From a virus (Duplodnaviria > Heunggongvirae > Uroviricota > Caudoviricetes): a DNA stretch of 35,939 nt. This document shows, piece by piece, positions 17,545 to 26,458 of this stretch. Location of the stretch: IMG/VR virus record IMGVR_UViG_2627853983_000005, one strand, 5' to 3'. Each line of letters opens with the position of its first letter. The stretch's first letter is position 1. The position numbers and the translations under genes were made by a program. The notes under the pieces were generated by a model. The model ran no database searches. It was not told the origin of the DNA and saw nothing but the letters and a program-made list of their open reading frames with translations.

Positions 17545-18504
17545 ATGAAAATTTGTATCGACGACGGCTCCACCAACATCAAGCTGGCATGGACTGAGAA
17601 TGGCGAACGCCGCAACGCCATCAGCCCGAACAGCTTCAAGTCGGAATGGTCTGCGCCGTTCGGTGGCATGCAGCCCGCGAACTACATGCTTGATGGCGTG
17701 CGCTATGGTTTTGATCCGGTTAGCGATCGCTTTGTCCAGACGACCGACACGCAATACCAGTACAGCGATGTGAATGTAATCGCCATTCATCACGCGCTGG
17801 TCAAATCAGGCATCACGCCACAGGAGGTGGATGTGGTTGTCACCCTGCCACTGAGCGAGTATTTCGACACAAACGCACAGCCGGACATGGCCAACATCAA
17901 CCGCAAAAAAGCGAACGTTATGCGCCCGGTGGAATACCAGAACGGCGAAGCATTCACTATCCGTAACGTGCGGGTTATGCCTGAATCCATTCCGGCTGGC
18001 TTTAAAGCACTGGCTGACATGAGTCCGTTTGAATCCCTGCTGATTGTGGATTTAGGCGGAACCACGCTGGATGTGGCAAAGGTTCAAGGGCAACTGGCAG
18101 GTATCAGCCAGGTGTTTTGCGATCCACACGTAGGCGTTTCCCTGATGGCCGATGCCGTACTGTCGGTGATGGCCACTAACGGTATGCGCACCAGTCACCA
18201 CATCGCCAATACCATTATCGAACATCGCCATGATGAAGCCTGGCTGCGCCAGCACATCCACAATGACGCGCATTACGCCAGCCTGATGGCGGTTATTCGT
18301 GAAAAGGAAGAAACACTGAAACAACGCGTGATCCGCGCGCTGGCGGTTTTTTCGGGTTACGGGCGGGTGATGGTTGTCGGTGGAGGGGCGGAGATTGTGG
18401 CACCCGCTATCCGCGAAGTCTGCGGAGTTAATGCGACTTTCATCGCGGACGGGGTGCCACAGTTTGCTCTGGTTAATGGGCTGTACGCAATGGACAAGGA
18501 GTAA
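17545..18504 (+). CDS. parM: Actin-like segregation ATPase, ParM/StbA family
   Basis: N-terminus MKICIDDGSTNIKLAW...ISPNSFKSEW...YQYSDVNVIAIHHAL matches recalled R1 ParM/StbA phosphate-binding motifs; 319 aa. Confidence 0.9.
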   Translation: MKICIDDGSTNIKLAWTENGERRNAISPNSFKSEWSAPFGGMQPANYMLDGVRYGFDPVSDRFVQTTDTQYQYSDVNVIAIHHALVKSGITPQEVDVVVTLPLSEYFDTNAQPDMANINRKKANVMRPVEYQNGEAFTIRNVRVMPESIPAGFKALADMSPFESLLIVDLGGTTLDVAKVQGQLAGISQVFCDPHVGVSLMADAVLSVMATNGMRTSHHIANTIIEHRHDEAWLRQHIHNDAHYASLMAVIREKEETLKQRVIRALAVFSGYGRVMVVGGGAEIVAPAIREVCGVNATFIADGVPQFALVNGLYAMDKE

Positions 18505-18508
18505 ACCA

Positions 18509-18823
18509 ATGACGACACCAACCAGACGGATAAGTTTCTATCTGAAGCCCGCCGCCGTCAAGAGTGAACAGGAGGCGTGCAATTACCTCGATAGCCTGCC
18601 AGCCTCCGAACGCAGCCGCGCGCAACGCGCGGCCTTTCTGGCTGGGCTAGCGCTCATAAAGCGCAACCCAGCATTTGCCTACTGGATGGCCGAATGGCCA
18701 GAGGACAACCTCCCCTTCAATACCGTTAGCATCAAGGAAACATACCAGGATAATCAGCCTAGCGGAGTTGAATGCAATTTTTATAAAATAAAAAAGAATA
18801 TTCAGACCTTATTCCCAGAATAA
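18509..18823 (+). CDS. parR: ParR/StbB-like centromere-binding adaptor
   Basis: AAGGAG RBS; RRISFYLKP...LDSLPASERSRAQRAAFLAGLALIK resembles recalled R1 ParR ribbon-helix-helix N-terminus; directly downstream of parM. Confidence 0.8.
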   Translation: MTTPTRRISFYLKPAAVKSEQEACNYLDSLPASERSRAQRAAFLAGLALIKRNPAFAYWMAEWPEDNLPFNTVSIKETYQDNQPSGVECNFYKIKKNIQTLFPE

Positions 18824-18906
18824 TCTGATAATTGTATGTGAACTAATAAAATACAGACCAACACATCATTCTGGCACCCTTGCTAACAGGGTGCCAATGT
18901 TTCAAA

Positions 18907-19749
18907 TCATGATGAAATTGCCGAAGTTTTTTTATCGTGCTGAAGTACCGCAAATGCCATTAAAACCTCAAGAGAATAGCGGCGATAATACTTAACAAAA
19001 CCATAATAAAATACTCGGGATGCAGCAATACAAAACAAGAGAAGAAAACAAAAAGGTAACAGTCTGATATTTATATCTATTAAAAAGGATAGAAGGAGCA
19101 GGAACATAAGCAACCAGACTGAAGCGAGAAAAACAAATGTAATGTTTCTACAAAAACCATACAAAGCAACATAGTTTTGCATTTTCACCTGATGATTTTT
19201 AGAATGTTCATACACATAATGATAAGCAAGGCGAAAAAGATCGCCCCTCAAGCCCTTACGTCGATATAGCGTAGATACAGAAAAAACATTTATATAACCA
19301 TCTCGTATTTGCGGCCAAAAGACTTTAATAAGTATAGAATGCAGTGTGGTTTTATGATGTTCTGCTTTATCAAAAGCTGATACAGGAAATAAAAAAACTC
19401 CACGAATAAAATTAACTATACTGAACTTAGTATTATGTCGTTTTATTTTCAGGGAGCTTCTTTTAGAAAACAGATAAATTGAAGGATACCCAAGTTTACT
19501 GTTCATGTATTTTTCAATTAAACAGGATGATAGAATAGATATGAAGTGACCTGAAATATATGATAGAACGATTAATACCACATATATAAATACACTTATT
19601 ATTTCTTTATATTTCAGGATATGGTTAAGAATACCTTCTATATAAACAGGGTTAATTTCAATAGAAAACAAAAAAAGGATAAACAGGAATAACCCACCTG
19701 GAATTAGATAGCCCAAAAAGTCATAAAATGAAAACGGATTCTGTGTCAC
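18907..19749 (-). CDS. Hypothetical integral membrane protein (2 N-terminal and 2 C-terminal TM helices), second gene of AT-rich cassette
   Basis: 280 aa; GTG start with CAGGGGGAAG RBS; very low GC; hydrophobic segments at both ends with a soluble middle. Confidence 0.6.
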   Translation of the reverse strand: MTQNPFSFYDFLGYLIPGGLFLFILFLFSIEINPVYIEGILNHILKYKEIISVFIYVVLIVLSYISGHFISILSSCLIEKYMNSKLGYPSIYLFSKRSSLKIKRHNTKFSIVNFIRGVFLFPVSAFDKAEHHKTTLHSILIKVFWPQIRDGYINVFSVSTLYRRKGLRGDLFRLAYHYVYEHSKNHQVKMQNYVALYGFCRNITFVFLASVWLLMFLLLLSFLIDINIRLLPFCFLLLFCIAASRVFYYGFVKYYRRYSLEVLMAFAVLQHDKKTSAISS

Positions 19750-19788
19750 ACTTCCCCCTGTGTTACTTGTAAATTAAAGGGTAAAACA

Positions 19789-20286
19789 TTATTTGTTTTT
19801 CCGTAAAGGATTAGCTTTCCATCTTCTTACTAACCATTCGAATTCTTGATATGTAGTATCCGAATTAATGCTTTCTCTGATTGCTTTAATTAATGGCTCG
19901 GCAATATCATATGTCTCTACAACTGTTGTGTAAGATGTTCTTTTTATCATTTTTTCATCATAAATACCTTCACGAATACTTACAGCAACTCGCTCGTAAA
20001 AATTTAAAATATATTGAAATTTTCGACGCTCGGCCATTTCTTCATCTGTTATTATGCAACCATCACAAGGAAAAACATAAGAACGAAATGATTTGCCTGA
20101 ACGATGCACTTGTTTCAGGGTATGCAATGACTCTATATATTGCATATCTTGCCGACTCTCAAAAAGAAAGTTGGCCGTTTGAGTTTTTTTTGCGGTACGC
20201 ACATTGTAGATAATGGTTCCAATGGCAACCAAAACGCCAAGCAGAACAATAGCATTGCTGATGATTTGTAGTGTTATTGGGTTCAT
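19789..20286 (-). CDS. Hypothetical single-pass membrane protein, first gene of AT-rich cassette
   Basis: 165 aa; N-terminal TM helix MNPITLQIISNAIVLLGVLVAIGTIIY then soluble domain; weak RBS. Confidence 0.6.
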   Translation of the reverse strand: MNPITLQIISNAIVLLGVLVAIGTIIYNVRTAKKTQTANFLFESRQDMQYIESLHTLKQVHRSGKSFRSYVFPCDGCIITDEEMAERRKFQYILNFYERVAVSIREGIYDEKMIKRTSYTTVVETYDIAEPLIKAIRESINSDTTYQEFEWLVRRWKANPLRKNK

Positions 20287-20299
20287 CCTATTTCATCCA

Positions 20300-20326
20300 T
20301 AAAAAAGGCGGGGAGCAAATCCCCGC
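20300..20326 (-). terminator. Rho-independent terminator/attenuator just upstream of AT-rich cassette
   Basis: On minus strand: stem GGCGGGGA/TCCCCGCC, 5-nt loop, then T6 run; ends 14 nt before cassette start codon. Confidence 0.55.
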
Positions 20327-21009
20327 CTCATTAGAGGTCAACGTAGCTTAGAAACCATCAAATTCATCATACATTTTTTTCATATCAACCCCCTCATAGA
20401 AATCATAACCACGTTTTGTGGTTTTTGTGACGTATAAACTACATCAAAGGCAAGCCACGGTCAAATATATAGGCATGCTTACCTGCACAAAAGTGCACAA
20501 ATTTGCACAATTTTTTTGAACGACTTTTTACCCTTCCGGCCCGCATGGCGGCTGGATCCGTCAAGGATCCGTGCGTGCACAAAAAAACGCGCTTTTTCTG
20601 CGCGCAGGTGACGGGGGAACAGCCCGCGTTTCAGGGGGTAAATAGCATTCCCTGAACGATGTCGCAGAGACACAACAGAATGGCCATATTTCTCACGCTG
20701 AGCATGAAAAAGGCGTGAGGGCTTTTGATTTGATGGGGTGAAAGGTAAGGCCGTCAAAATCGCACTGAGGCAGCGAGAACATGCAGTCAACGCGGTGGAA
20801 TTGCGTAAGAGTCTGACCGTCGATGGTGGCGATAAACTGGAAGGCGTCGTGAAATTATCTGATTGATACAGGAGCTGGAGAGCCGGGGCATAAATTTTTT
20901 ATGCCCCGGCGAAGCAGCAGACAAGCGAAGCGCGTCAGCGATACGGCACCTTGCCGACCATACTTCATAAGTGCAAAATACGAGCAAAGAAATCAATGGA
21001 GGCTGTCTT

Positions 21010-21534
21010 ATGGTCATTAATTACAAGCAGTTAAGAGAAAAACGGGAGCAGGTAAAGGAGAGCTTTCGCCGCAATGAAGATCTGACCCCGCTTGTACGCC
21101 TTGCCCAGGGCATTGTTGATGCTTATGAAATCTCGCTGGAGCTGCCATCACAGACCTGGACAGATAGCGACGGTAATCGCCAGCATTACGTTTCATGCGG
21201 ACTGGAAGCAGCCGAAGGATTTCGCAGAATGCCTTTATCCCAGATCCCTGCCGCTACCCCCAAAGCACGGGGCAGCAATGATGAGCGAAAACTGACTTTT
21301 AGTATTGAAACGGTGGTTGACGACACACCTGGCGAAGTCGCGTTCGTGCACACTCCTGTTTCGATCGCAATGTATAACGATGAAATACAGGTTCGCGTTA
21401 ATAATAATATCGTGCCACTTAAAGAAGGTAATTCACCCTACACCACCGTTTGTGAAGCCATTCAATATTACGTTCTCTCTGAAATTGATAATCTCAAGCC
21501 TGACGGCACCCAGAAAATGGTTCAACTCTGGTAA
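21010..21534 (+). CDS. Hypothetical protein between cos-proximal region and portal gene
   Basis: ATG 21010 with GGAGG RBS; 174 aa; convergent with Q. Confidence 0.5.
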   Translation: MVINYKQLREKREQVKESFRRNEDLTPLVRLAQGIVDAYEISLELPSQTWTDSDGNRQHYVSCGLEAAEGFRRMPLSQIPAATPKARGSNDERKLTFSIETVVDDTPGEVAFVHTPVSIAMYNDEIQVRVNNNIVPLKEGNSPYTTVCEAIQYYVLSEIDNLKPDGTQKMVQLW

Positions 21535-21540
21535 AAAGGA

Positions 21541-21565
21541 CAGCCCCATCACGGGGCTGTTTTTT
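21541..21565. terminator. Bidirectional terminator between convergent ORF and Q
   Basis: Stem CAGCCCC/GGGGCTG with 5-nt loop, T6 on + strand and T-rich on - strand. Confidence 0.55.
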
Positions 21566-22595
21566 CATCAAGAAGAGCATAAGAGTTAAAACGGATCACC
21601 TCTTCGCCAAGCCAGTCATTGATGTGCTTCATAGCCTCCATAACGGGCATCAGCTCGTTAATTGCGTAAACCCGCGCTGCCTTCTCCACATCGCCAAACG
21701 CACTTTTTTCGCCCGGCATCGCCCCCATCAGTTGCGGCGGAACGCGGTGCGCAGCCAGCACATCATCACGGGATGCCGCCTTAACATTCATGAATTCATC
21801 TTTTGCGGTGATCTGCTGGAACGGCAAAATTTGCACCCCCTCTTTGCCCCCGTTGGGCGCATGAATGAGCACGTTTTTAAACGCACCACCACCACGTGCC
21901 CCCTGTAGCGTTTCTTTCAGGGAGTCCATGCTTTCGCGGTTTACCTGCGCTGCACCGATGTAGATGATGCACCCGGCGTGGGATCCGTTGTCGTAGTACA
22001 GTTTTCTGAACATGTCCGCCGAATGAGAAAGGCTGGCCGAGAGTAATGCGCCAAGATATTCCGGCATGCCGTAGATTTCCTGGTTAATATCCGGATTCAT
22101 CAGGTGGCACACTTTGCCAGGACGAAACTGAAACGCGTCCTTGCCATCCTGCACATACCACCATGATTCAAGATCGCTTCCGCGTCGCATGTATTTCGCC
22201 AGGGCGTGCCGTAATTTAAGCGGTTCGCCGAGCATATTGCTTCGAAGCTCAAGGAATGCGTTACCGAACACAAACCAGTCCAGCGCCAGCGCCGAGAAAT
22301 CCTGCCGGGAAAGCAGCGGGTGCGGGATGTAGCAACCGAGTAATACATTGCGCTTAAAGTAAAGCGCAGACTGATGCCAGGACGTTTGCCGGGCTGCTCT
22401 TGCCAGACCGTACCAGTCCACCGGGGTTTCATACCACCGCCCGTTATCAGCACAGTACATATTGTCCAGCAGGTCATGCCCGGTCAGGCGATAAGGACCA
22501 TCAAATGTGAATGCACTGAGCGATGATTCTTTCCTGAGCGCATCAGCGAGATCAATGCGTGAACTCATGCGCACTTTTTTATTTTTTCTGCTCAT
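21549..22595 (-). CDS. Q: Portal protein gpQ
   Basis: 348 aa; start overlaps terminase stop; position and size as P2 Q. Confidence 0.9.
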   Translation of the reverse strand: MSRKNKKVRMSSRIDLADALRKESSLSAFTFDGPYRLTGHDLLDNMYCADNGRWYETPVDWYGLARAARQTSWHQSALYFKRNVLLGCYIPHPLLSRQDFSALALDWFVFGNAFLELRSNMLGEPLKLRHALAKYMRRGSDLESWWYVQDGKDAFQFRPGKVCHLMNPDINQEIYGMPEYLGALLSASLSHSADMFRKLYYDNGSHAGCIIYIGAAQVNRESMDSLKETLQGARGGGAFKNVLIHAPNGGKEGVQILPFQQITAKDEFMNVKAASRDDVLAAHRVPPQLMGAMPGEKSAFGDVEKAARVYAINELMPVMEAMKHINDWLGEEVIRFNSYALLDEKTAP

Positions 22596-24346
22596 CAGAA
22601 CTCCATAACCATGAAACGCTCGTTTTCTCCTTCGCCGCCAATTGGTTCGTTAATGACAGCAAGCATGGTTGCCCACGCAAGGTCGCCGTGGCTGATCCCC
22701 CTCGCGCGGTCCGTTTCGTAAGTGATAAAGCCGCCCGGTGTTTTCACCTTACGCACGGCGTTAAAGGCCGCGACCAGCTCGCGTTCGGCGCGATCGTATT
22801 CCCACCGCCCGGCACGCATTATTTGCAGCATTTTCAGTACCAGCGACCGTTTTGATGACAGCGTGAAGGTGTACGGAATAGCAGCAGGGAAAAACCGCTT
22901 CACTATCTGATAAACAGCCTCCCCGTTCCCGCCCGTCACATCAATGCCGATGTGTTCCACGTTGTAGCGACACGTGAACTCTTCAATGACTCTGGCCTGT
23001 TCTTCAAACTCCAGCCCCTGAACGCGTCGCGTCTCCACCGTTCGAAAACGGCCGCCAGGAACAGCCGGAGGAACCACCACGGACACAGCGCCGCTGTCGC
23101 CGTTGCCACTACTGCCGTTTGCGTCATACCCAATCCATACCGGACGATTCCCCATCGGGCGGGGAGCAAAAGGTTTCCAGTCTTTCCAGTCGTCGTATCC
23201 GTCAACACCGCAGCCAATCAGGATATTCAGGTTAAATGCCGATTCCCCTTCGCGGACAAACTCACACATATAGAGATTGAGGAACTCGTCTTCGGTGTTT
23301 TCATCACGAATTTCGTCGATATCGGTGTGTTTCCAGCCGTGATTAACCACATCTTCCAGCGTGACAATTTGCCGCCACGTCCGGTCAGGGCAGATAAGCC
23401 CATTATGCAGCGTTTTCCAGTCCACAGAAAAACGCTGGCGTTTATGCGAGGCCTTTTTCTCGTTCCAGCGGTCGCCGTTCCAGTAGGCGTATGCCTCGTG
23501 CGTTTCGGTGGATGGCGTGGAGAAGTAGGTGCGCCGCAGTCCGCTGAGGGTTGCCATAGCGCCAGCCACCTTGCGCAGTTCAGCAAAGCGACTGACCCAG
23601 AAAAATTCATCAAAATAAAAATTGCCCGTATAGGACTGTGCCGACGCAGCAGAAGTGCCGAGAAAATGCAGCTCTGCGCCGTTGGAGAGGATGATTTTAT
23701 CGCCCCCTTTCAGCTCCACATCAACTTCAGCCGCGGCCTTCTGAATAATGCTTTTAAACTGGAACGCCTGACGACGCGACGCAGACAAAAAAATCTGGTT
23801 ACGCTGGTAAGGTTGCGCCACATCGTCACGCAGCGCCATCAGCAGTGCTTCCTGTGCAAAATACCAGGTCGCCCCAATCTGTCGGGATTTCAGGATCATC
23901 CTGTTACGTATCCCGGCTTCCCTGCAAAGGGTCAGGGAGTCAAACCAGCCCCGCTGATGCCACTCCAGCCTGCTGATGATTTTTTCCCGCAGTGCGGCAA
24001 TCTGTTCCGGCGTGAAATGATTTTTGAGTTTTTTCGCCCGGCCTTTCTTTCCTGCGGCCATCACATCCGGCTGGCCATCATGCAGCTTTTTAAGCTGCCG
24101 GGTCAGCAGGTCTATTTCCTTAAAGTCACCGCCTGTTTTATTCTGTTTTTCAGTAAGCTGGATGAGGCGCGCATCGATGGACTGCGTGACACGCTGCACG
24201 GGTGGCGTTTCATCCCACTGGTCACGTTTTTTCCACGCATAAATCGTGTTCGGGTTTATTCCCATCAGACGTGATATTTCTGCGGGCGGATAACCCTGCC
24301 AGTAAAGTTGCCGCGCACGCTGGCGCACAAAAGCGTCCTGAATCAT
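22595..24346 (-). CDS. P: Terminase large (ATPase) subunit gpP
   Basis: 583 aa; N-terminal HTH; Q-P pair divergent from O as in P2. Confidence 0.9.
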   Translation of the reverse strand: MIQDAFVRQRARQLYWQGYPPAEISRLMGINPNTIYAWKKRDQWDETPPVQRVTQSIDARLIQLTEKQNKTGGDFKEIDLLTRQLKKLHDGQPDVMAAGKKGRAKKLKNHFTPEQIAALREKIISRLEWHQRGWFDSLTLCREAGIRNRMILKSRQIGATWYFAQEALLMALRDDVAQPYQRNQIFLSASRRQAFQFKSIIQKAAAEVDVELKGGDKIILSNGAELHFLGTSAASAQSYTGNFYFDEFFWVSRFAELRKVAGAMATLSGLRRTYFSTPSTETHEAYAYWNGDRWNEKKASHKRQRFSVDWKTLHNGLICPDRTWRQIVTLEDVVNHGWKHTDIDEIRDENTEDEFLNLYMCEFVREGESAFNLNILIGCGVDGYDDWKDWKPFAPRPMGNRPVWIGYDANGSSGNGDSGAVSVVVPPAVPGGRFRTVETRRVQGLEFEEQARVIEEFTCRYNVEHIGIDVTGGNGEAVYQIVKRFFPAAIPYTFTLSSKRSLVLKMLQIMRAGRWEYDRAERELVAAFNAVRKVKTPGGFITYETDRARGISHGDLAWATMLAVINEPIGGEGENERFMVMEF

Positions 24347-24500
24347 TGCTCCCCCTGAGTAATTACAGGAAGATTACCCGCGCGCGAAACTGTTCTCCTT
24401 AACCCTCTGTTCTGACTGTTTTCTTACAACAAAAGCCCTTTGTATCAGCCTGTTACGCTTTGCCATCATGACTGAAGAACCAGTCAGAGGGGCAAAAACT

Positions 24501-25337
24501 ATGGCTAATGAAAAAAAGACATCCCGCAAAAAGTTTCGCGTGGCTGTCTCCGGATCAACTGTTGATGGCCGTGAAATCAGTCCGGTGCATCTGCGTGAAG
24601 CCGCCGAGAACTTCAACCCGGATGTTTACGCTGCCCGCGTGAACGTTGAGCACTATCTCTCGCCATGTCCGTCAAGCGAATTTTCCGCAATGGGCGATGT
24701 CACCGCACTGAGTACGGAAGACATTACGGAAGGTCCGCTGGCCGGACGTACTGCGCTGTATGCAGAAATCGAACCGACCGAGCGCATGAAGCAGCTTGTC
24801 GCTGACGGCAAGAAAATCTATTCCAGTATCGAACTGCACCCGCAGTTCTCCGTTAACGGGCGCGCCTATCTGGTCGGGCTGGCGATGACCGACACCCCGG
24901 CAAGCCTGGGCACTGAGCGCCTGAAATTCACGGCACAGCAACGTCAGGCGGTGATGACGTTCAACAGTATCCAGGGTGAAGCACCGCTTATCTCCGAAGC
25001 CATCGAGTCTGAAATCATCGAAATGGCAGAACAACGCCAGGAAGAAGGCACCCAGTGGTTTAACCGCGTAATGGGGATTATTGGTCGTGGCCGCAAAGCG
25101 GATGACGCCAGTTTCTCCCGAATTCAGGAAGCGGTGGAAGGCGTTGCAACGTCACAGGCCGACATTATCGACCGTTTTAATGTGCTGGAAACCCGCCATC
25201 AGCAGGACCGCCAGAAAATCACGTCACTGACCACAGAGCTGACAGCATTGAAGGAAAAACTGCGCACGCAGGACGGCGATCCGCAGAACCGCTTCACCGC
25301 AACGGGCGCAGCCTCCGACCAGCTGGCTGACTTCTGA
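24501..25337 (+). CDS. O: Capsid scaffolding protein gpO
   Basis: ATG 24501 with GAGGGG RBS; motifs FRVAVSGSTVDGREIS and GRAYLVGLAMTDTPASLGTE match recalled P2 O. Confidence 0.85.
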   Translation: MANEKKTSRKKFRVAVSGSTVDGREISPVHLREAAENFNPDVYAARVNVEHYLSPCPSSEFSAMGDVTALSTEDITEGPLAGRTALYAEIEPTERMKQLVADGKKIYSSIELHPQFSVNGRAYLVGLAMTDTPASLGTERLKFTAQQRQAVMTFNSIQGEAPLISEAIESEIIEMAEQRQEEGTQWFNRVMGIIGRGRKADDASFSRIQEAVEGVATSQADIIDRFNVLETRHQQDRQKITSLTTELTALKEKLRTQDGDPQNRFTATGAASDQLADF

Positions 25338-25360
25338 TAAGACAAAGGAGCAAATTTTTT

Positions 25361-26413
25361 ATGAATCTGGTGATGTCAGATATTACCCGCAACAAGCTGG
25401 GTTGCTATATGGCGCAGCAGGCGTCGCTTAACAATATCCCGGTATCTGCACTGGTATCGCGATTTACCGTGGAACCCGCGGTGCAGCAGCGTTTTGAAAA
25501 CGCCTCAAAGGAAAGTACCGAATTTACGAAAAGAATTAACGTGATCGGCGTGACCGACCAGAAAGGCGAAAAAATCCTCCTGGACACCACCGGGCCAATT
25601 GCGCGCACGAATAGCAGTTATGACGGCATCAAACGCCGTAACCCGAATAACGTGATCGATATGAAGTCTCGTCAGTACCAGTGCGAACAGGTGAACTACG
25701 ATACCTTTATTTCGTACCCACAGCTTGATACCTGGGCGGCCCACAGCGATTTTCAGTCCCGTATCAGTACACAGATCGCCCGGCAGGTAGCGCTTGATCG
25801 CATCATGATTGGCTTTAACGGCACATCCCACGCCTACGAGTCTGATTTTCACACCAACAAGCTGCTTCAGGACGTTAACGTGGGCTGGCTGGAGCACATC
25901 AGAACCGATGCCAGCGAGCGCGTAATGAATGACGTGACGCTGACCTCCCGCAACATGGACAACACTGTGGCGCACGCGGGTAAGTATGCGAATGCCGATG
26001 CTCTGGTACAGGATGCGCGCTCATCCCTGCTGGATGAATGGCACAAGGAAGCTGACGACCTCGCGGTGATTATGGGGCGCAACCTGTTTAACTCGCTGCG
26101 TCTGCCCGTGCTGAACAGCATCAGCGGCCAGAATCCCAATGCGGAATTACTTGCCGGGCAGCTCATCCTGTCATCGCGCACCATTGGCGGGCTGGGCGTG
26201 TTCCTTGCGCCGTTCTTCCCGGATGCAACGATGCTTATCACCTCGTTCAACAACCTGTCGATTTACTGGCAGAAAGGTTCAATGCGTCGCCTGATGAAAG
26301 ACGAGCCGGAATACAACCGCATCGCCACCTACCAGTCCATCAATGACGCTTATGTCGTTGAAGACTATGGCAAGTGCGCGATGGTCACTGGCCTGAAGTT
26401 CGCCGACAGCTAA
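25361..26413 (+). CDS. N: Major capsid protein gpN
   Basis: 350 aa following O; AGGAG RBS. Confidence 0.9.
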   Translation: MNLVMSDITRNKLGCYMAQQASLNNIPVSALVSRFTVEPAVQQRFENASKESTEFTKRINVIGVTDQKGEKILLDTTGPIARTNSSYDGIKRRNPNNVIDMKSRQYQCEQVNYDTFISYPQLDTWAAHSDFQSRISTQIARQVALDRIMIGFNGTSHAYESDFHTNKLLQDVNVGWLEHIRTDASERVMNDVTLTSRNMDNTVAHAGKYANADALVQDARSSLLDEWHKEADDLAVIMGRNLFNSLRLPVLNSISGQNPNAELLAGQLILSSRTIGGLGVFLAPFFPDATMLITSFNNLSIYWQKGSMRRLMKDEPEYNRIATYQSINDAYVVEDYGKCAMVTGLKFADS

Positions 26414-26422
26414 TCAACTCAC

Positions 26423-26441
26423 GGCGGGCATCATGCCCGCC
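26423..26441 (+). promoter_or_regulatory. Stable hairpin just after capsid gene
   Basis: GGCGGGCAT-C-ATGCCCGCC: 9-bp stem with 1-nt loop, no T-run; possible partial terminator or mRNA stabiliser. Confidence 0.35.
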
Positions 26442-26458
26442 TGTAACGGAGAGAAAAA

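Noticed and set aside
20479-20790. 103-aa minus-strand ORF in the cos-proximal region
   Set aside because: No RBS, Arg/Ser/His-rich odd composition, lies in repeat- and palindrome-rich DNA that is more plausibly packaging sequence.
18830-20970. P2 old, tin or Z/fun homologs at the accessory hotspot
   Set aside because: Looked for ATPase/nuclease-sized ORFs with Old- or Tin-like features; the only ORFs are the two small membrane proteins and the 174-aa unknown.
22952-24274. 440-aa plus-strand ORF antisense to the terminase large subunit gene
   Set aside because: Entirely inside gpP on the opposite strand; Arg/Pro-rich low-complexity translation; terminase assignment on the minus strand is far stronger.
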